DNA from: Fibrobacterales bacterium
Lineage (GTDB): Bacteria > Fibrobacterota > Fibrobacteria > Fibrobacterales > JAOPTW01
Direction of reading: 5' to 3'
Length of the DNA stretch: 64,000 nt
NCBI GenBank assembly: GCA_051532035.1
Contig: JAOPTW010000013.1
Span: 288,001-352,000, forward strand
Shown here: positions 49,501-59,094 of the stretch, piece after piece
How the letters are laid out: every line of letters begins with the position of its first letter
Numbering within the stretch: the stretch's first letter is position 1
Notes under the pieces: model-generated
The model's input: the letters and a program-made list of their open reading frames with translations, nothing else
The model's database searches: none
What the model was told of the DNA's origin: nothing
Program-made: the position numbers and the translations under genes

Positions 49501-49988
49501 TCAATCTTAACACAGGCTTTACCAATGGTATTCGTATCCGCAGCACGCACACAGAGCTCAACGCATCAGCCATTGTAGAGCTCACGATACACGAAATACG
49601 TATCTATGAAAACCAAAACCCAATACTCCCTCTCTCATCGTCTGAGGCCGAAGAGCTTTCCAGTAGTTCGAGCGGCCTCTTTGACAGCTCAATAGGATAC
49701 ACTCAAGATGGCGCGGGATCAAGCAGTGAGGGTGAGTTTACTAGAGAAGAAAGCTCTGATGAACCCTCACCCATTTCAAGAATAGTTTATCAAAAAGGTT
49801 TGTATTCGATGATCGTGAATACAGTAGACTATACTGACCGGAGCATCACAGTCCCTGAGTCAGTAACATCCTATGAAATATATACCATTCATGGAGAGCG
49901 TATCAAATCTGGAACGGTACACAATGGCACCATTACCTTTTCGAAAGACATACCACAAGCCCTCCTCTTTATACAGTTTAACCAGTAG
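46527..49988 (+). CDS. Secreted BNR/Asp-box beta-propeller protein with F5/8-type (CBM32-like) domain, Ser linker and C-terminal sorting-like domain
   Basis: Repeated S-x-[DN]-x-G-x-[TS]-W Asp boxes; TWGQGIW; NIALNK...DGD...W.S...QWVAIDL discoidin motif; terminal YEIYTIHGE..KSG...LLFIQF. Confidence 0.8.
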   Translation: MKQKSNSFWVIYSCAVALSIVFYFIYTARPEVDGLTKATETTWPQPLPAESEEDRERYGDHKRRPWTKEEAAFNKKRYEDIRSPLSTTALGAPAPVPTLESLAPAEKDGFINLANNTFSGKWTSRGPKNMPGAFQFSEIDEGTDTVYAVSMGHYGGVQFIYKGTLAGDDWKIINPKHPSRFEDLMVVPNGSQRRIIAGEEQGAIMYSDNAGAAWTFSTGITNGITSTIVNRQDNHTIYTTDGKSIYVSYDLGSTFSLFQSFTINTHARLYTPRWDIQPNASDVYFAHGSTFYTLNSAKTSFVQTGTIASGAEIGLGGDTRRLWMTQDSKEWYHSVDGGATWNYQATENWWYSSMKANMSQGQYPGIHPENPDIIIGGYAFPLSSRNAGQTTNSDAKNWWGHYQNAVGNDQRVRIHFHPDHQASQFFYDASGTLLSLRSTDGGVFKSYNEWTKTSYPTLQSIEDVFYNITLFNAPTQEAYRGGFISGKHNSDDMTACTQDQGWQNTRASTYGTDLLSWDQVGGGDGPNCISGDGLIAWSYNYQGSDNFKRIELYDASGTYKGLSGATSSTYNPNYSKGTAYFTPGVGDWSNGDLIWTMSHRLRKFEYNGGVISSTEHDLNESQYFVQGIAQSRENPDIVFAMENGYVYTSTNRGDSWSQVASNSATGISGTHGIGRGNFGMGWAIDNQTILFATESGSAVHTIFSKDGGYTWTNVTGTGINSFPSASVNGMTANEAGTLIFASTTAGPYVFVVAEEHWYPLALQGSVPIFSGQVATTVKKDDSEIIRFSTWGQGIWDLTLAPVIPTLDITSTTPNVLITTQDSITLHWSSNQLEYVIVTLNRTDSLPDTLGIAATQTGSFTWPISDSLINADSFSLRIQHSVSLTYDETEVYTIIPPDVNIALNKESIVSSTNEADSNSFVNDGDSDNYWRSDATTSDQWVAIDLEDTFHIGVIVIEWGAILPETYTIEMYDDSSNWIALTSDLKPTNPVDILNLNTGFTNGIRIRSTHTELNASAIVELTIHEIRIYENQNPILPLSSSEAEELSSSSSGLFDSSIGYTQDGAGSSSEGEFTREESSDEPSPISRIVYQKGLYSMIVNTVDYTDRSITVPESVTSYEIYTIHGERIKSGTVHNGTITFSKDIPQALLFIQFNQ

Positions 49989-50032
49989 AGTTGCACAACG
50001 ATACACACGTTAATGAGAGAATAGAGATACCT

Positions 50033-50551
50033 ATGGCAGAAAACAAGAATACATTAAAGACCATCAGAAAAGTTCACCTCTGGCTATCACTGATTGTTAT
50101 GGTTCCCCTGGTCATTGTCTCGACAACTGGTCTCATTCTCATGTTCAAAAAGCAGATTGAATGGATTCAACCGCCAACCCATTTGGGAACAACCCAGTCC
50201 TTTACCCTCACCCCCGAACAAATTCTTGAAGCCTGTCGTATAGACCCACGAACAACCATAACAGAATGGAATAACATACGACGACTTGATGTGCGGCCTC
50301 ACAAAGGGATCATTAAAGTACAGGGCCCGGATAACATTGAAGTACAACTGGATGCTGCAACAGGAAATATCCTGCATATTCAAGAGCGCAACTCTGACCT
50401 TATAGAAAATATTCACGATGGTTCATATTTTGGAGACACTACCAAATATGCACTCTTCTTAGTTGCTGAACTTTTCTTTGTACTTCAACTTATTACGGGT
50501 ATCTATTTGTTTGTTGTGTACGCGAAGAGAAAGCATAAAAAAAGAGTTTAA
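50033..50551 (+). CDS. PepSY-associated TM helix protein
   Basis: RKVHLWLSL...TGLIL, DAATG, IENIHDGSYFG, ITGIYLF; ATG 50033 preferred to the TTG at 49991. Confidence 0.85.
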   Translation: MAENKNTLKTIRKVHLWLSLIVMVPLVIVSTTGLILMFKKQIEWIQPPTHLGTTQSFTLTPEQILEACRIDPRTTITEWNNIRRLDVRPHKGIIKVQGPDNIEVQLDAATGNILHIQERNSDLIENIHDGSYFGDTTKYALFLVAELFFVLQLITGIYLFVVYAKRKHKKRV

Positions 50552-50664
50552 AAACTCATTTTCCCCAACGTTAATACTGCATTTACCACAAAGCGAACGA
50601 CTCATTCCCCCCAATAGAAGCAAATATATTTTTACATTTAAGTTTTAATCATCTGGAGACACCA

Positions 50665-51468
50665 ATGAATTTATCATTCTTACCTATATTACTCATAACA
50701 GCCCTATTATCACTGATGGGCTGTAATCCTTTTTCAGAATCAAGCAGTGCATCCACAATCGGCAGCACTGATCCACTCTCTTCTAATGAAGATCAACCAA
50801 CAAGCCTTGTTGATAGCCCCGAATCAATAAGTGACATACTCTATAATGTTACAACCGTCTATAAAGAAGCACGAAGTTATAAAGATACAGGGAGAGAATA
50901 TACTTACTATTTCGACATCGGTGAAACAGAATCAAACCAAAGTAATGAATCGAAATTTTCTACAAGCTTTAAGAATAATGGTCAATTTAGGTTTGTCCAT
51001 GAAACTGGCGAATGGAGTTATTTTATAATACACCGAGATCAGGATTCAACGATGCAACATTGGTGGAACCTTAGTGACTCTCTTTTACAAGACTTTGAAT
51101 CTCTTTCTACAATGTTAGCAGTTATGGTTGGAGTAACAAGTGGCACATCATATAATATCTCATCAATGCTATTACCGTCCAATAGCCCTTTTGCAAGAAA
51201 CTTTTTTGATATGTACCCTCCTCAAATTCAATTAGACGATTCAGATATTCGTGGGGATGAATGTTATGCATTAAAGCATACCGAACCTGAAGATGGTGAT
51301 ATTACCATACTTTATTTTCGAAAAAGAGATTATCTTCTTCTCAGAATTGAACAAGAATCCTTTTTTAGCGACTTCAGAACCGAAAGCTTCGTAGATTATT
51401 ACCCTACCATTAATGAAACTCTTTCAGAAGACGATTTTGAGTACACTATCCCTGATGAATACTTATAG
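50665..51468 (+). CDS. Lipoprotein, possibly LolA/DUF2092-like fold
   Basis: GGAG RBS; lipobox LMGC; C-terminal YLLLRIE...IN..L..DDFEY..P resembles LolA-like proteins. Confidence 0.6.
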   Translation: MNLSFLPILLITALLSLMGCNPFSESSSASTIGSTDPLSSNEDQPTSLVDSPESISDILYNVTTVYKEARSYKDTGREYTYYFDIGETESNQSNESKFSTSFKNNGQFRFVHETGEWSYFIIHRDQDSTMQHWWNLSDSLLQDFESLSTMLAVMVGVTSGTSYNISSMLLPSNSPFARNFFDMYPPQIQLDDSDIRGDECYALKHTEPEDGDITILYFRKRDYLLLRIEQESFFSDFRTESFVDYYPTINETLSEDDFEYTIPDEYL

Positions 51469-51702
51469 ATAAGCAAACATTTCTCTAATCAAACATATTC
51501 ATCGGTAACGTTTTCTGCTGATGAATACTATTTTAAAGAAAGCATATCTTAGTGTTTCCTGTCCCCTTATCATACTGAATCCAATTAGTATAATTATACC
51601 GGGACACATGCACACTATTGATTTTCAGAAAAAAGGAGAGCGGGTAATTCTGCCTCTACTCAATAGTATTGTTCCTTTTAACTACCATAAAAAGGAAAGT
51701 AA

Positions 51703-53232
51703 ATGACACTATTTAAACAATTACAATTAACACTCATAACTGGCTTAATGCTTGGAACAACAGCATTTGGCGGGTATCAACTCTCTGAACTACCAACACC
51801 AGACATCAGAAACCCTAAATACTCACATGCGCTCGAAAATGGAGTCGTTTACTGGGGGGGAGAGCCATCAGAAGAGGTATCTTGGTCGGATATTTTTAAG
51901 TCAACTCAAAATGAATATACCAATATCAGCAACACTCCTGATACTTGGGAGCACTATAAAGCGATAGATGGTGAGACCTATGTCTATCAACAAGATCGTA
52001 CGGTCTTTTACTTTAATGGGACAGAAGACATCACCATACTCACTGACATCGGTTTCTCTATGGGTCCTATGGATCTTGATAATGGTCAATTTGTTTTTAC
52101 CAGCTATGATGGTGACGATTCAGAAATCATGCTCTATGACGGCTCCAATCTTATTCAGATTACGGATAATGATCGTGATGATACTAGCCCAAAAATCAGT
52201 AATGGTGAGATTGTTTGGGTCTCTTATGACTACCCTACCCCAGGGTCATTTATCCACCATTATTCAAATGGCGTAACCACAACTATTTCTGACATTGGCA
52301 CCAATGATAAACCTGATATTGAGAATGGTACTATCGTATGGCAAGGACCAGGAATTGAGGATGAAACAGATATTTTCCGCTATAAAGATGGCATCACCAA
52401 AAATCTGAGTGTCAGTGGGTACCACGATCAAGAGCCTCAGATCTCTGAAGGCCAAGTTGCATGGAAAAGCCGCTACTACCACTTTACTGCTGAAAAGGTA
52501 AATATAGAACATTTCGAAATCATGTTCTATGATGGGCAAACAACCACATCTATTACTAGTCAGGATCTGAACTATGATGATTTTGACTTAAACAATGGCG
52601 AAATTGCGATCTCTGCATACTCTAAAGAAGATTACATCGGGTCTATTCATCACTGGGATGGCATAGCTCTTCACACAATTTCAAATAATGATGACGGCAC
52701 ATCACGCCGCAGTCCAATGGTTGAGAATGGTTTGATTGTTTGGGACGAGTGGAGTTCAGAGAACGGTTCAAGAATTATGACTGCACGTAAAACTGATTTT
52801 AACCCTGAAGCGACCTATGCGCTTATATCACGCAGCAGTGGAAGAGCACTTGAAGTAGATACACAAAGCGCCCAATGGAACGGTGGCTATATACAAATTT
52901 GGGATTACTATGGTGGCGACAATCAACTCTGGAACATAATCCCAACTGAAGCAGGATATAAACTGATCAATAACCGTTCGGGTAAAGCACTTGATGTTGC
53001 AGGACTCGCTACTTATAATGGTGGTACTATCCATCAGTGGGATTACGTTGGTGGCCAAAATCAGCAGTGGAACTTCACGCACCAAGGTGATGGCTCATAC
53101 AGTATCGTAAACCTCCTCAGCGGCAAAGCGGTGGACGTTAAAGACAACGGTACATGGAATGGAAACGCTATCCAACAATGGGATTTCCACGGTAACGATA
53201 ATCAAAAATGGGATATAATTATTGTAGAATAG
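51703..53232 (+). CDS. Secreted protein with short beta-propeller-like repeats and a C-terminal ricin-B lectin domain
   Basis: Signal peptide; repeated P.IxxG.IVW units; three SG(K/R)A(L/V)(D/E)V...QW...GxxNQxW ricin repeats. Confidence 0.85.
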   Translation: MTLFKQLQLTLITGLMLGTTAFGGYQLSELPTPDIRNPKYSHALENGVVYWGGEPSEEVSWSDIFKSTQNEYTNISNTPDTWEHYKAIDGETYVYQQDRTVFYFNGTEDITILTDIGFSMGPMDLDNGQFVFTSYDGDDSEIMLYDGSNLIQITDNDRDDTSPKISNGEIVWVSYDYPTPGSFIHHYSNGVTTTISDIGTNDKPDIENGTIVWQGPGIEDETDIFRYKDGITKNLSVSGYHDQEPQISEGQVAWKSRYYHFTAEKVNIEHFEIMFYDGQTTTSITSQDLNYDDFDLNNGEIAISAYSKEDYIGSIHHWDGIALHTISNNDDGTSRRSPMVENGLIVWDEWSSENGSRIMTARKTDFNPEATYALISRSSGRALEVDTQSAQWNGGYIQIWDYYGGDNQLWNIIPTEAGYKLINNRSGKALDVAGLATYNGGTIHQWDYVGGQNQQWNFTHQGDGSYSIVNLLSGKAVDVKDNGTWNGNAIQQWDFHGNDNQKWDIIIVE

Positions 53233-53253
53233 TTATGCTCATTTATTGAAATT

Positions 53254-53285
53254 ATAAAGGCCACCTAATCATAGGTGGCCTTTAT
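53254..53285. terminator. Bidirectional terminator between convergent genes
   Basis: ATAAAGGCCACCTA-ATCA-TAGGTGGCCTTTAT perfect inverted repeat. Confidence 0.8.
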
Positions 53286-53343
53286 GTTTTCCGTGATTTA
53301 AACTCGAAAAGATGGTTTTGTTATATTCCCATTACTTAAGAGT

Positions 53344-54303
53344 CTATTTCCATTTAGTTATGCGCCATTCTTTCTGTTCATCTTCAGAAAGGAATGACCA
53401 TGCTACAATGCGACTCGATTTATTACCCGTGCCCATGGGAATTGTTTTGACCTGAACCGCGCCAGCTCTATCGAGCAACTTATAAAAACCTTTCAGGTTA
53501 GATTGTTTTGATACTAAGGTCGTAAACCAGTAACAGTTTGTAGAGAATTTTTCACTTTCGCCAATCATATTCTTAACGAATTTATATTCTCCACCCGCAT
53601 AGATAAGTTCACTACTGATTCCAGAAAAGTTACGTTCAGGCATCACTTCTTTTCTGCCCGACAAATTATGGACTTTTCTTCGTGTTCCTTTTTGAGCTTC
53701 TTCGATAGAAGAATGAAAAGGAGGGTTACAGACCACCATATCAATTGAATCAAATTTACTGATAATGCCATGAAAAAAGTTTCGTGCATTGTCTTGTAAT
53801 CTGCATTGGATGCTGTCTTTTATTGATGGATTCGACTTCACAATGTTTTGAGCAGATGCAACTGACCTTGGATCAGTATCAGATCCGATAAATTTCCAGT
53901 TATATTCCGTAACTCCAATAATTGGATAAATACAACTTGCTCCTACACCAATATCAAGACAGGTAATTGATTTACCTGTTGGAACTGTACCCGCATTTTT
54001 TTCGCCTAATAAATCAGCAACATGATGAATGTAATCGGCTCTGCCTGGTATTGGCGGACATAAGTTCTCATCAGGGAATTCCCAGTTCTTAATTCCATAA
54101 TAGTATTTAAGTAACCCTTGGTTTAACAACTTTACCGCAGCAGGGTTTGCAAAATCGACTGATTTTACCCCAAATTTGTTTGGTATTATATACTGTGCTA
54201 ATTCAGGCACAGAAGTAATTAATGCGTTTAAGTCGTAGTTTTCTCGGTTTTTATTTCGAGAATGGAGTCTTGCTTTTTCTTGTTGTTTTTTTTCTAAAGC
54301 CAT
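53344..54303 (-). CDS. rlmF: 23S rRNA (adenine1618-N6)-methyltransferase RlmF
   Basis: LHSRN, LCPPIPGRADYIH, LDIGVGASCIYP, CNPPFH, GGE, WFTTLVSK, SRIVAWSF; ATG 54303 is the likelier start. Confidence 0.93.
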   Translation of the reverse strand: MALEKKQQEKARLHSRNKNRENYDLNALITSVPELAQYIIPNKFGVKSVDFANPAAVKLLNQGLLKYYYGIKNWEFPDENLCPPIPGRADYIHHVADLLGEKNAGTVPTGKSITCLDIGVGASCIYPIIGVTEYNWKFIGSDTDPRSVASAQNIVKSNPSIKDSIQCRLQDNARNFFHGIISKFDSIDMVVCNPPFHSSIEEAQKGTRRKVHNLSGRKEVMPERNFSGISSELIYAGGEYKFVKNMIGESEKFSTNCYWFTTLVSKQSNLKGFYKLLDRAGAVQVKTIPMGTGNKSSRIVAWSFLSEDEQKEWRITKWK

Positions 54304-54469
54304 AATGTACCGTAATTTCATATGTAGAATAGTTACACTTCTACCACTCAATGCTTCACTATGCATAACGCTATTATATAGGCAGAACTTTTTTCAAAGG
54401 TAAAAAATTATAGTCCAAATAGCCTCATAAATACCCATTTTGACTAGAGAGCCACCGGTGATTCTTCAA

Positions 54470-54814
54470 TTATAGCTCATTATACTTCTTGTTGGACCCT
54501 TTTGCCTTTTCAACAGGGTACTTTTTGCTGTTTTTCTCCATTTTTCGCTTAACAGCCTCATTGAGGTCAATCCCTAAATCATTGCTTATATACGCGAGAT
54601 AGACGAATATATCAGCCAGTTCATCGCTAATGGCTTCAGCCTTATTTTCTATGGTTTCTGACAATTCTTGTTTATTCTTCCACAAAAAGAGTTCTTGTAA
54701 CTCAGCGACTTCAATCCCCAAGCCCAGACATTGATCTTTAATCGTGTGGAATTGTTCCCAATCACGGTCATTTCTGAACTTTAATATTGCATCCATTGTC
54801 TCTTGTTTGATCAT
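54470..54814 (-). CDS. MazG-like nucleotide pyrophosphohydrolase
   Basis: FRNDRDWEQFH, EVAELQELF.W, DELADI, N.KKYPVEKAKG. Confidence 0.9.
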   Translation of the reverse strand: MIKQETMDAILKFRNDRDWEQFHTIKDQCLGLGIEVAELQELFLWKNKQELSETIENKAEAISDELADIFVYLAYISNDLGIDLNEAVKRKMEKNSKKYPVEKAKGSNKKYNEL

Positions 54815-55031
54815 ATTGTCTTTTCACCCAACATTCAGTTTCAGCAAAGGTAAAATATTTTTATTAAATCCTGCTTGTATTTCAGGATATTAGCTTTAGC
54901 GCCTACAACCACACTCATAAAGTGTAACAAACTGTATTATTTTCCAAAAGAGCTCCATCGGGGAGCTACACTTGCTACATAGTTTATTGCATAAAATCTA
55001 TAATGCGTACTACAACTTTCGGAGAGCGAGC

Positions 55032-56768
55032 ATGAGTAAAAAACGGGTAAGTATCAGCAGTGTTTTTAAAACCATTATCTGGCCCAGAAGAAAGCTTCTT
55101 TTTGTGGGGCTCATTCTCATTATAATCAGCCGGCTGGCTGGCCTCGTACTCCCCGGAGCTACAAAATACCTTATGGATGAAGTGGTCATGCAGAAAGACT
55201 TTGAAAAGCTCGTCACCATTATAACCTGGGTAGGTACTGCGATCATAATCCAGTCTATCACCTCTTTTTTGCTCACTCGGTTACTGAGCGTGGAAGCCCA
55301 GCGGCTTATAGCCCAACTTCGTGTGAAGGTTCAGCAAAAAGTACTCAGTCTCCCCATTCATTTTTTTGACAACAGTAAGTCGGGTGAACTCGTCTCTCGC
55401 ATCATGACAGATGTAGAAGGAGTACGCAACCTCGTTGGCACCGGCCTCGTCCAATTGGTCGGTGGTACATTAACCTCAGTTATATCACTGGGTCTCCTCA
55501 TAAGTATCAGCCCTACCATGACTGCCTACATATTGATTCCTATAGCTATCTTTGGCTTTATCGCTATGAAAGCATTTGCATTTATCCGCCCCATCTTTCG
55601 GGAGCGAGGCAAAATTAATGCAGAGGTAACTGGGCGACTTACCGAAACATTGAACGGCATCAGAGTCATAAAAGGCTTTAATGCAGAAGCCCACGAAATA
55701 CTCACCTTCGAGAAAGGGGTCTTTGCCCTCTACAATAACATCAAACAGAGTCTGACCTCCACGGCGATAGTAACCAGCTCCTCTGCCCTGCTCCTCGGTA
55801 CTGCATCTGCCGGAATCATGGGTATCGGCGGATATATGATGATGCATAATGAACTGACCGTTGGAGACTTTCTTGCCTTTACCATTTATTTGGGTTTTCT
55901 CATAGCCCCCATTGTGCAAATGAGTAATATTGGAAGTCAACTCACTGAAGGCTTTGCCGGTCTTGATCGCACCGAAGAACTCATGAATTTTGAATCTGAG
56001 CATGACGCGGAGCACCGGACTATTGCCCTTGAAAAGTTTGAAGGGGATGTGCTATTCGATGATGTCTCCTTTCACTATCACGAAGAAAAAACCGTTCTCA
56101 ATAATGTCTCACTTGAAGCACCTGCTGGGTCTGTTACAGCCCTTGTTGGTTCTTCCGGATCAGGCAAGAGCACTATTGCTGGGCTCGTTTCATCATTTCT
56201 TAATCCCGAGACCGGAACCATAACCATAGACGGAGTCGATCTTTCAAAAGTCACGCTTGAAAGTTATCGGAAGCACCTTGGGGTCGTCTTGCAGGATGAT
56301 TTTCTGTTTGAAGGTACCATTCGAGAGAATATCTGTTTCCCACGACCCGACGCTACTGAAGTAGAGGTTCTTGCCGCAGTAAAGGCGGGCTATGTTAACG
56401 AATTTACCGACCGCTTTGAAAAAGGCTTAGAGACCATAATTGGTGAACGTGGAGTAAAGCTTTCTGGAGGTCAGCGTCAAAGGATAGCTATAGCCCGGGC
56501 GCTCTTGGCAGACCCTAAAATACTGATACTTGATGAAGCCACCTCGAACCTCGATACTGAAAGTGAATCAATGATTCAGAAAAGTTTGACTGAATTGATG
56601 AAAGGGAGAACAACTTTTGTTATTGCTCACCGGCTGAGTACCATCCGTAAAGCCGATCAGATTCTGGTTATTGAGCGTGGATCAGTTGCCGAGCGCGGTA
56701 CCCATGATGAGCTTATCGCTCTGGAAGGTCGATATCATGAATTGTTTACCTATCAGGCACGTATTTAG
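55032..56768 (+). CDS. ABC exporter, fused permease/ATPase (MsbA/MdlB-like)
   Basis: TM domain plus GSSGSGKST, LSGGQRQR, ILDEAT, IAHRLST; ATG 55032 has a GGAG RBS. Confidence 0.93.
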   Translation: MSKKRVSISSVFKTIIWPRRKLLFVGLILIIISRLAGLVLPGATKYLMDEVVMQKDFEKLVTIITWVGTAIIIQSITSFLLTRLLSVEAQRLIAQLRVKVQQKVLSLPIHFFDNSKSGELVSRIMTDVEGVRNLVGTGLVQLVGGTLTSVISLGLLISISPTMTAYILIPIAIFGFIAMKAFAFIRPIFRERGKINAEVTGRLTETLNGIRVIKGFNAEAHEILTFEKGVFALYNNIKQSLTSTAIVTSSSALLLGTASAGIMGIGGYMMMHNELTVGDFLAFTIYLGFLIAPIVQMSNIGSQLTEGFAGLDRTEELMNFESEHDAEHRTIALEKFEGDVLFDDVSFHYHEEKTVLNNVSLEAPAGSVTALVGSSGSGKSTIAGLVSSFLNPETGTITIDGVDLSKVTLESYRKHLGVVLQDDFLFEGTIRENICFPRPDATEVEVLAAVKAGYVNEFTDRFEKGLETIIGERGVKLSGGQRQRIAIARALLADPKILILDEATSNLDTESESMIQKSLTELMKGRTTFVIAHRLSTIRKADQILVIERGSVAERGTHDELIALEGRYHELFTYQARI

Positions 56769-56784
56769 CTCTTCCTCTCAAAAT

Positions 56785-56810
56785 ACAGGTTACCCACCTA
56801 AGTAACCTGT
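56785..56810 (+). terminator. Stem-loop after the ABC exporter
   Basis: ACAGGTTAC-CCACCTAA-GTAACCTGT. Confidence 0.4.
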
Positions 56811-56844
56811 CACATTTATCAATCAAAATGCTACCATTGCCCTC

Positions 56845-59094
56845 ATGAAGAGAGAAATTGAATTATTGGCACCAGGTGGAGACCTGGACTCTATTAAAGC
56901 TGCAATTGTAGCTGGTGCAAATGCTGTATATTGTGGGCTGAGCTCATTTAACGCACGAAACCGCGCAACAAACCTCTCTTTTGATGAGTTACAAGGTGTT
57001 TTGCACTTAGCTCATTCTCACAATTGTGAAGTATTTCTCACCCTCAATATTATTATCCTCCAAAGTGAAATTTCTGCTCTAGTCACTCTATTGAACCGGT
57101 TGGTTAATACAAGTATCGACGGGATTATCGTGCAAGATATTGGCCTATTTTATCTCCTGTCTCGTCATTTTAGATCCCTAAAGGTACATGCGTCAACCCA
57201 AGTGACCACCCATAATGCTGGTCAGATAGCCTTTATGGCGGGGCTCAATGCCACTCGAGTAAATCTTTCACGAGAACTCAGCATAGATGAAATTGCTCAC
57301 CTGAACGGTGTCGCTCATGAACATGGCTTACTAACCGAGGTGTTTGTCCATGGGTCCAATTGTATTTCATTTTCGGGCCTCTGTACTATGAGTTCCCTCC
57401 ATGGTGGGCAATCGGGAAATCGAGGCCGCTGTAGTCAACCCTGCAGAGATGCCTATACTACCACTGCGAAAGGAAACAGTTATCCCCTCAACATAAAAGA
57501 TACCTCTGCCTTTTTTGACCTCAAAGCGTTGGCCAATGCTGGCGTGGATTCCTTTAAGATTGAGGGGAGAATAAAAAAGTTTGAGTATGTGTATACTGTT
57601 GTAGATACTTGGCGTCGAGAACTCCAGAGGTTCTACGGTAATCAAAGCTTGAATAACGACAACAGTGGACTCTACAAAGTGTTTAATCGTGACTTTACCA
57701 ATGATCTTCTGTCGGGTAGCATCACGAGTGATATGTTTATTGATAACCCACGCGATAACTCATTGATACATCTCGCTGAAACTAAAAATTTTACAACGGC
57801 AGAAGCGCAAGAGAATGGCGTACGCGCATTTTATAATGAGAAAGAGATGCGCACGAAGGCAATTGAGCAACAGATCACTCCCCTGAGTACAAAACGAGCT
57901 CCGGTATCGCTCACTGTTTCAGGAGAAGCAGGAGAACTACTCAAGGTATCCATTAGCACAGGTCAGCACTCTTTTACAATAGAGTCGTCGAGTGTACTCG
58001 TCGAAACCGCACAACAACCTTTGAGCAAAAAGATACTACTCACGCGCTTTAAGTCGATTGCCGAGACAGAGTACTCTCTAAAAGAGCTGGATATTTCAGG
58101 ACTTAAGCCCAACCTGTTTCTCCCCTTTCGCGAGATTACGGTATTAAAGAATGAGCTTCTGTATCTTCTCAATGATAACAGAGAAACAGTCGATCCTGTT
58201 GTTCTTCCAAAAATTGAGCATACAGCTCAGCAGAAGAAGAGTGCCCCTCCTCAGCTATCAATACTCATTGATTCAGAGAAGGATATTCCACTCCATGAAG
58301 CATCAGACATCAGAGTCTATTTTCAATTACCAAACTCCTTAAATATCCATTGTGACGAGTATGTTAACCTCTTTAAGCAGAATGATTTTCTCATTCCCTG
58401 GTTCCCCTCAGTATTGATTGCAGAAGAGTATTCTCAGGCGATTAAGCTATTAGAACGCCTAAATCCAAGGGTAATAGTAACGAATAATACGGGTATTGGC
58501 CATGAAGCGTATCGACTTGGAATCCCATGGATTGCGGGACCTGATATTCATTGTGTGAACTCCTATAGCTTACAATGCTTAAAGGAACAGTTCAATTGTG
58601 TGGGGGCATTTGTCTCTAATGAACTGAACAACAGACAAATCAGTACTCTTGCAAAGCCCGATGATTTTGATCTCTACTTCAGCATTTATCACCCTATTAA
58701 ACTCATGACGAGTAGGCTGTGCCTTTTTCACCCAGTGACTGGTTGTGATAAACATGTAATAGATGGTACCTGTATTTCGGGCTGTACCAAGCGGTCCGAA
58801 ATCACTAACCTCAAAGAAATCTCCTTTGTACTTGAGAAGTCTAAAGGGAATTATCATACAGTGTATAGCGCCCATAACTATTTGAATACTGATATTGTAA
58901 CTGAGCTTCCTGATAGGTTTTCAGGTTTTATGATTGATCTTCGCCATAAGAAGACACAGACAACCGTGTCGGTGACACAAACAGACCTCGTTAAAGCTTT
59001 TACGAAGGCCCTTGCAGGCGACGCTGCGACCATCACGGATCTGTATCGGATCATTAGGCCTACAACGAATATTCAGTACAGTAAGGGTATTTAG
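56845..59094 (+). CDS. U32 peptidase-family protein, RlhA-like (rRNA hydroxylation)
   Basis: ELLAPGG, HASTQ, EVFVHGSNCISFSGLC...NRGRCSQPCR Fe-S motif, KIEGR, long C-terminal extension. Confidence 0.85.
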   Translation: MKREIELLAPGGDLDSIKAAIVAGANAVYCGLSSFNARNRATNLSFDELQGVLHLAHSHNCEVFLTLNIIILQSEISALVTLLNRLVNTSIDGIIVQDIGLFYLLSRHFRSLKVHASTQVTTHNAGQIAFMAGLNATRVNLSRELSIDEIAHLNGVAHEHGLLTEVFVHGSNCISFSGLCTMSSLHGGQSGNRGRCSQPCRDAYTTTAKGNSYPLNIKDTSAFFDLKALANAGVDSFKIEGRIKKFEYVYTVVDTWRRELQRFYGNQSLNNDNSGLYKVFNRDFTNDLLSGSITSDMFIDNPRDNSLIHLAETKNFTTAEAQENGVRAFYNEKEMRTKAIEQQITPLSTKRAPVSLTVSGEAGELLKVSISTGQHSFTIESSSVLVETAQQPLSKKILLTRFKSIAETEYSLKELDISGLKPNLFLPFREITVLKNELLYLLNDNRETVDPVVLPKIEHTAQQKKSAPPQLSILIDSEKDIPLHEASDIRVYFQLPNSLNIHCDEYVNLFKQNDFLIPWFPSVLIAEEYSQAIKLLERLNPRVIVTNNTGIGHEAYRLGIPWIAGPDIHCVNSYSLQCLKEQFNCVGAFVSNELNNRQISTLAKPDDFDLYFSIYHPIKLMTSRLCLFHPVTGCDKHVIDGTCISGCTKRSEITNLKEISFVLEKSKGNYHTVYSAHNYLNTDIVTELPDRFSGFMIDLRHKKTQTTVSVTQTDLVKAFTKALAGDAATITDLYRIIRPTTNIQYSKGI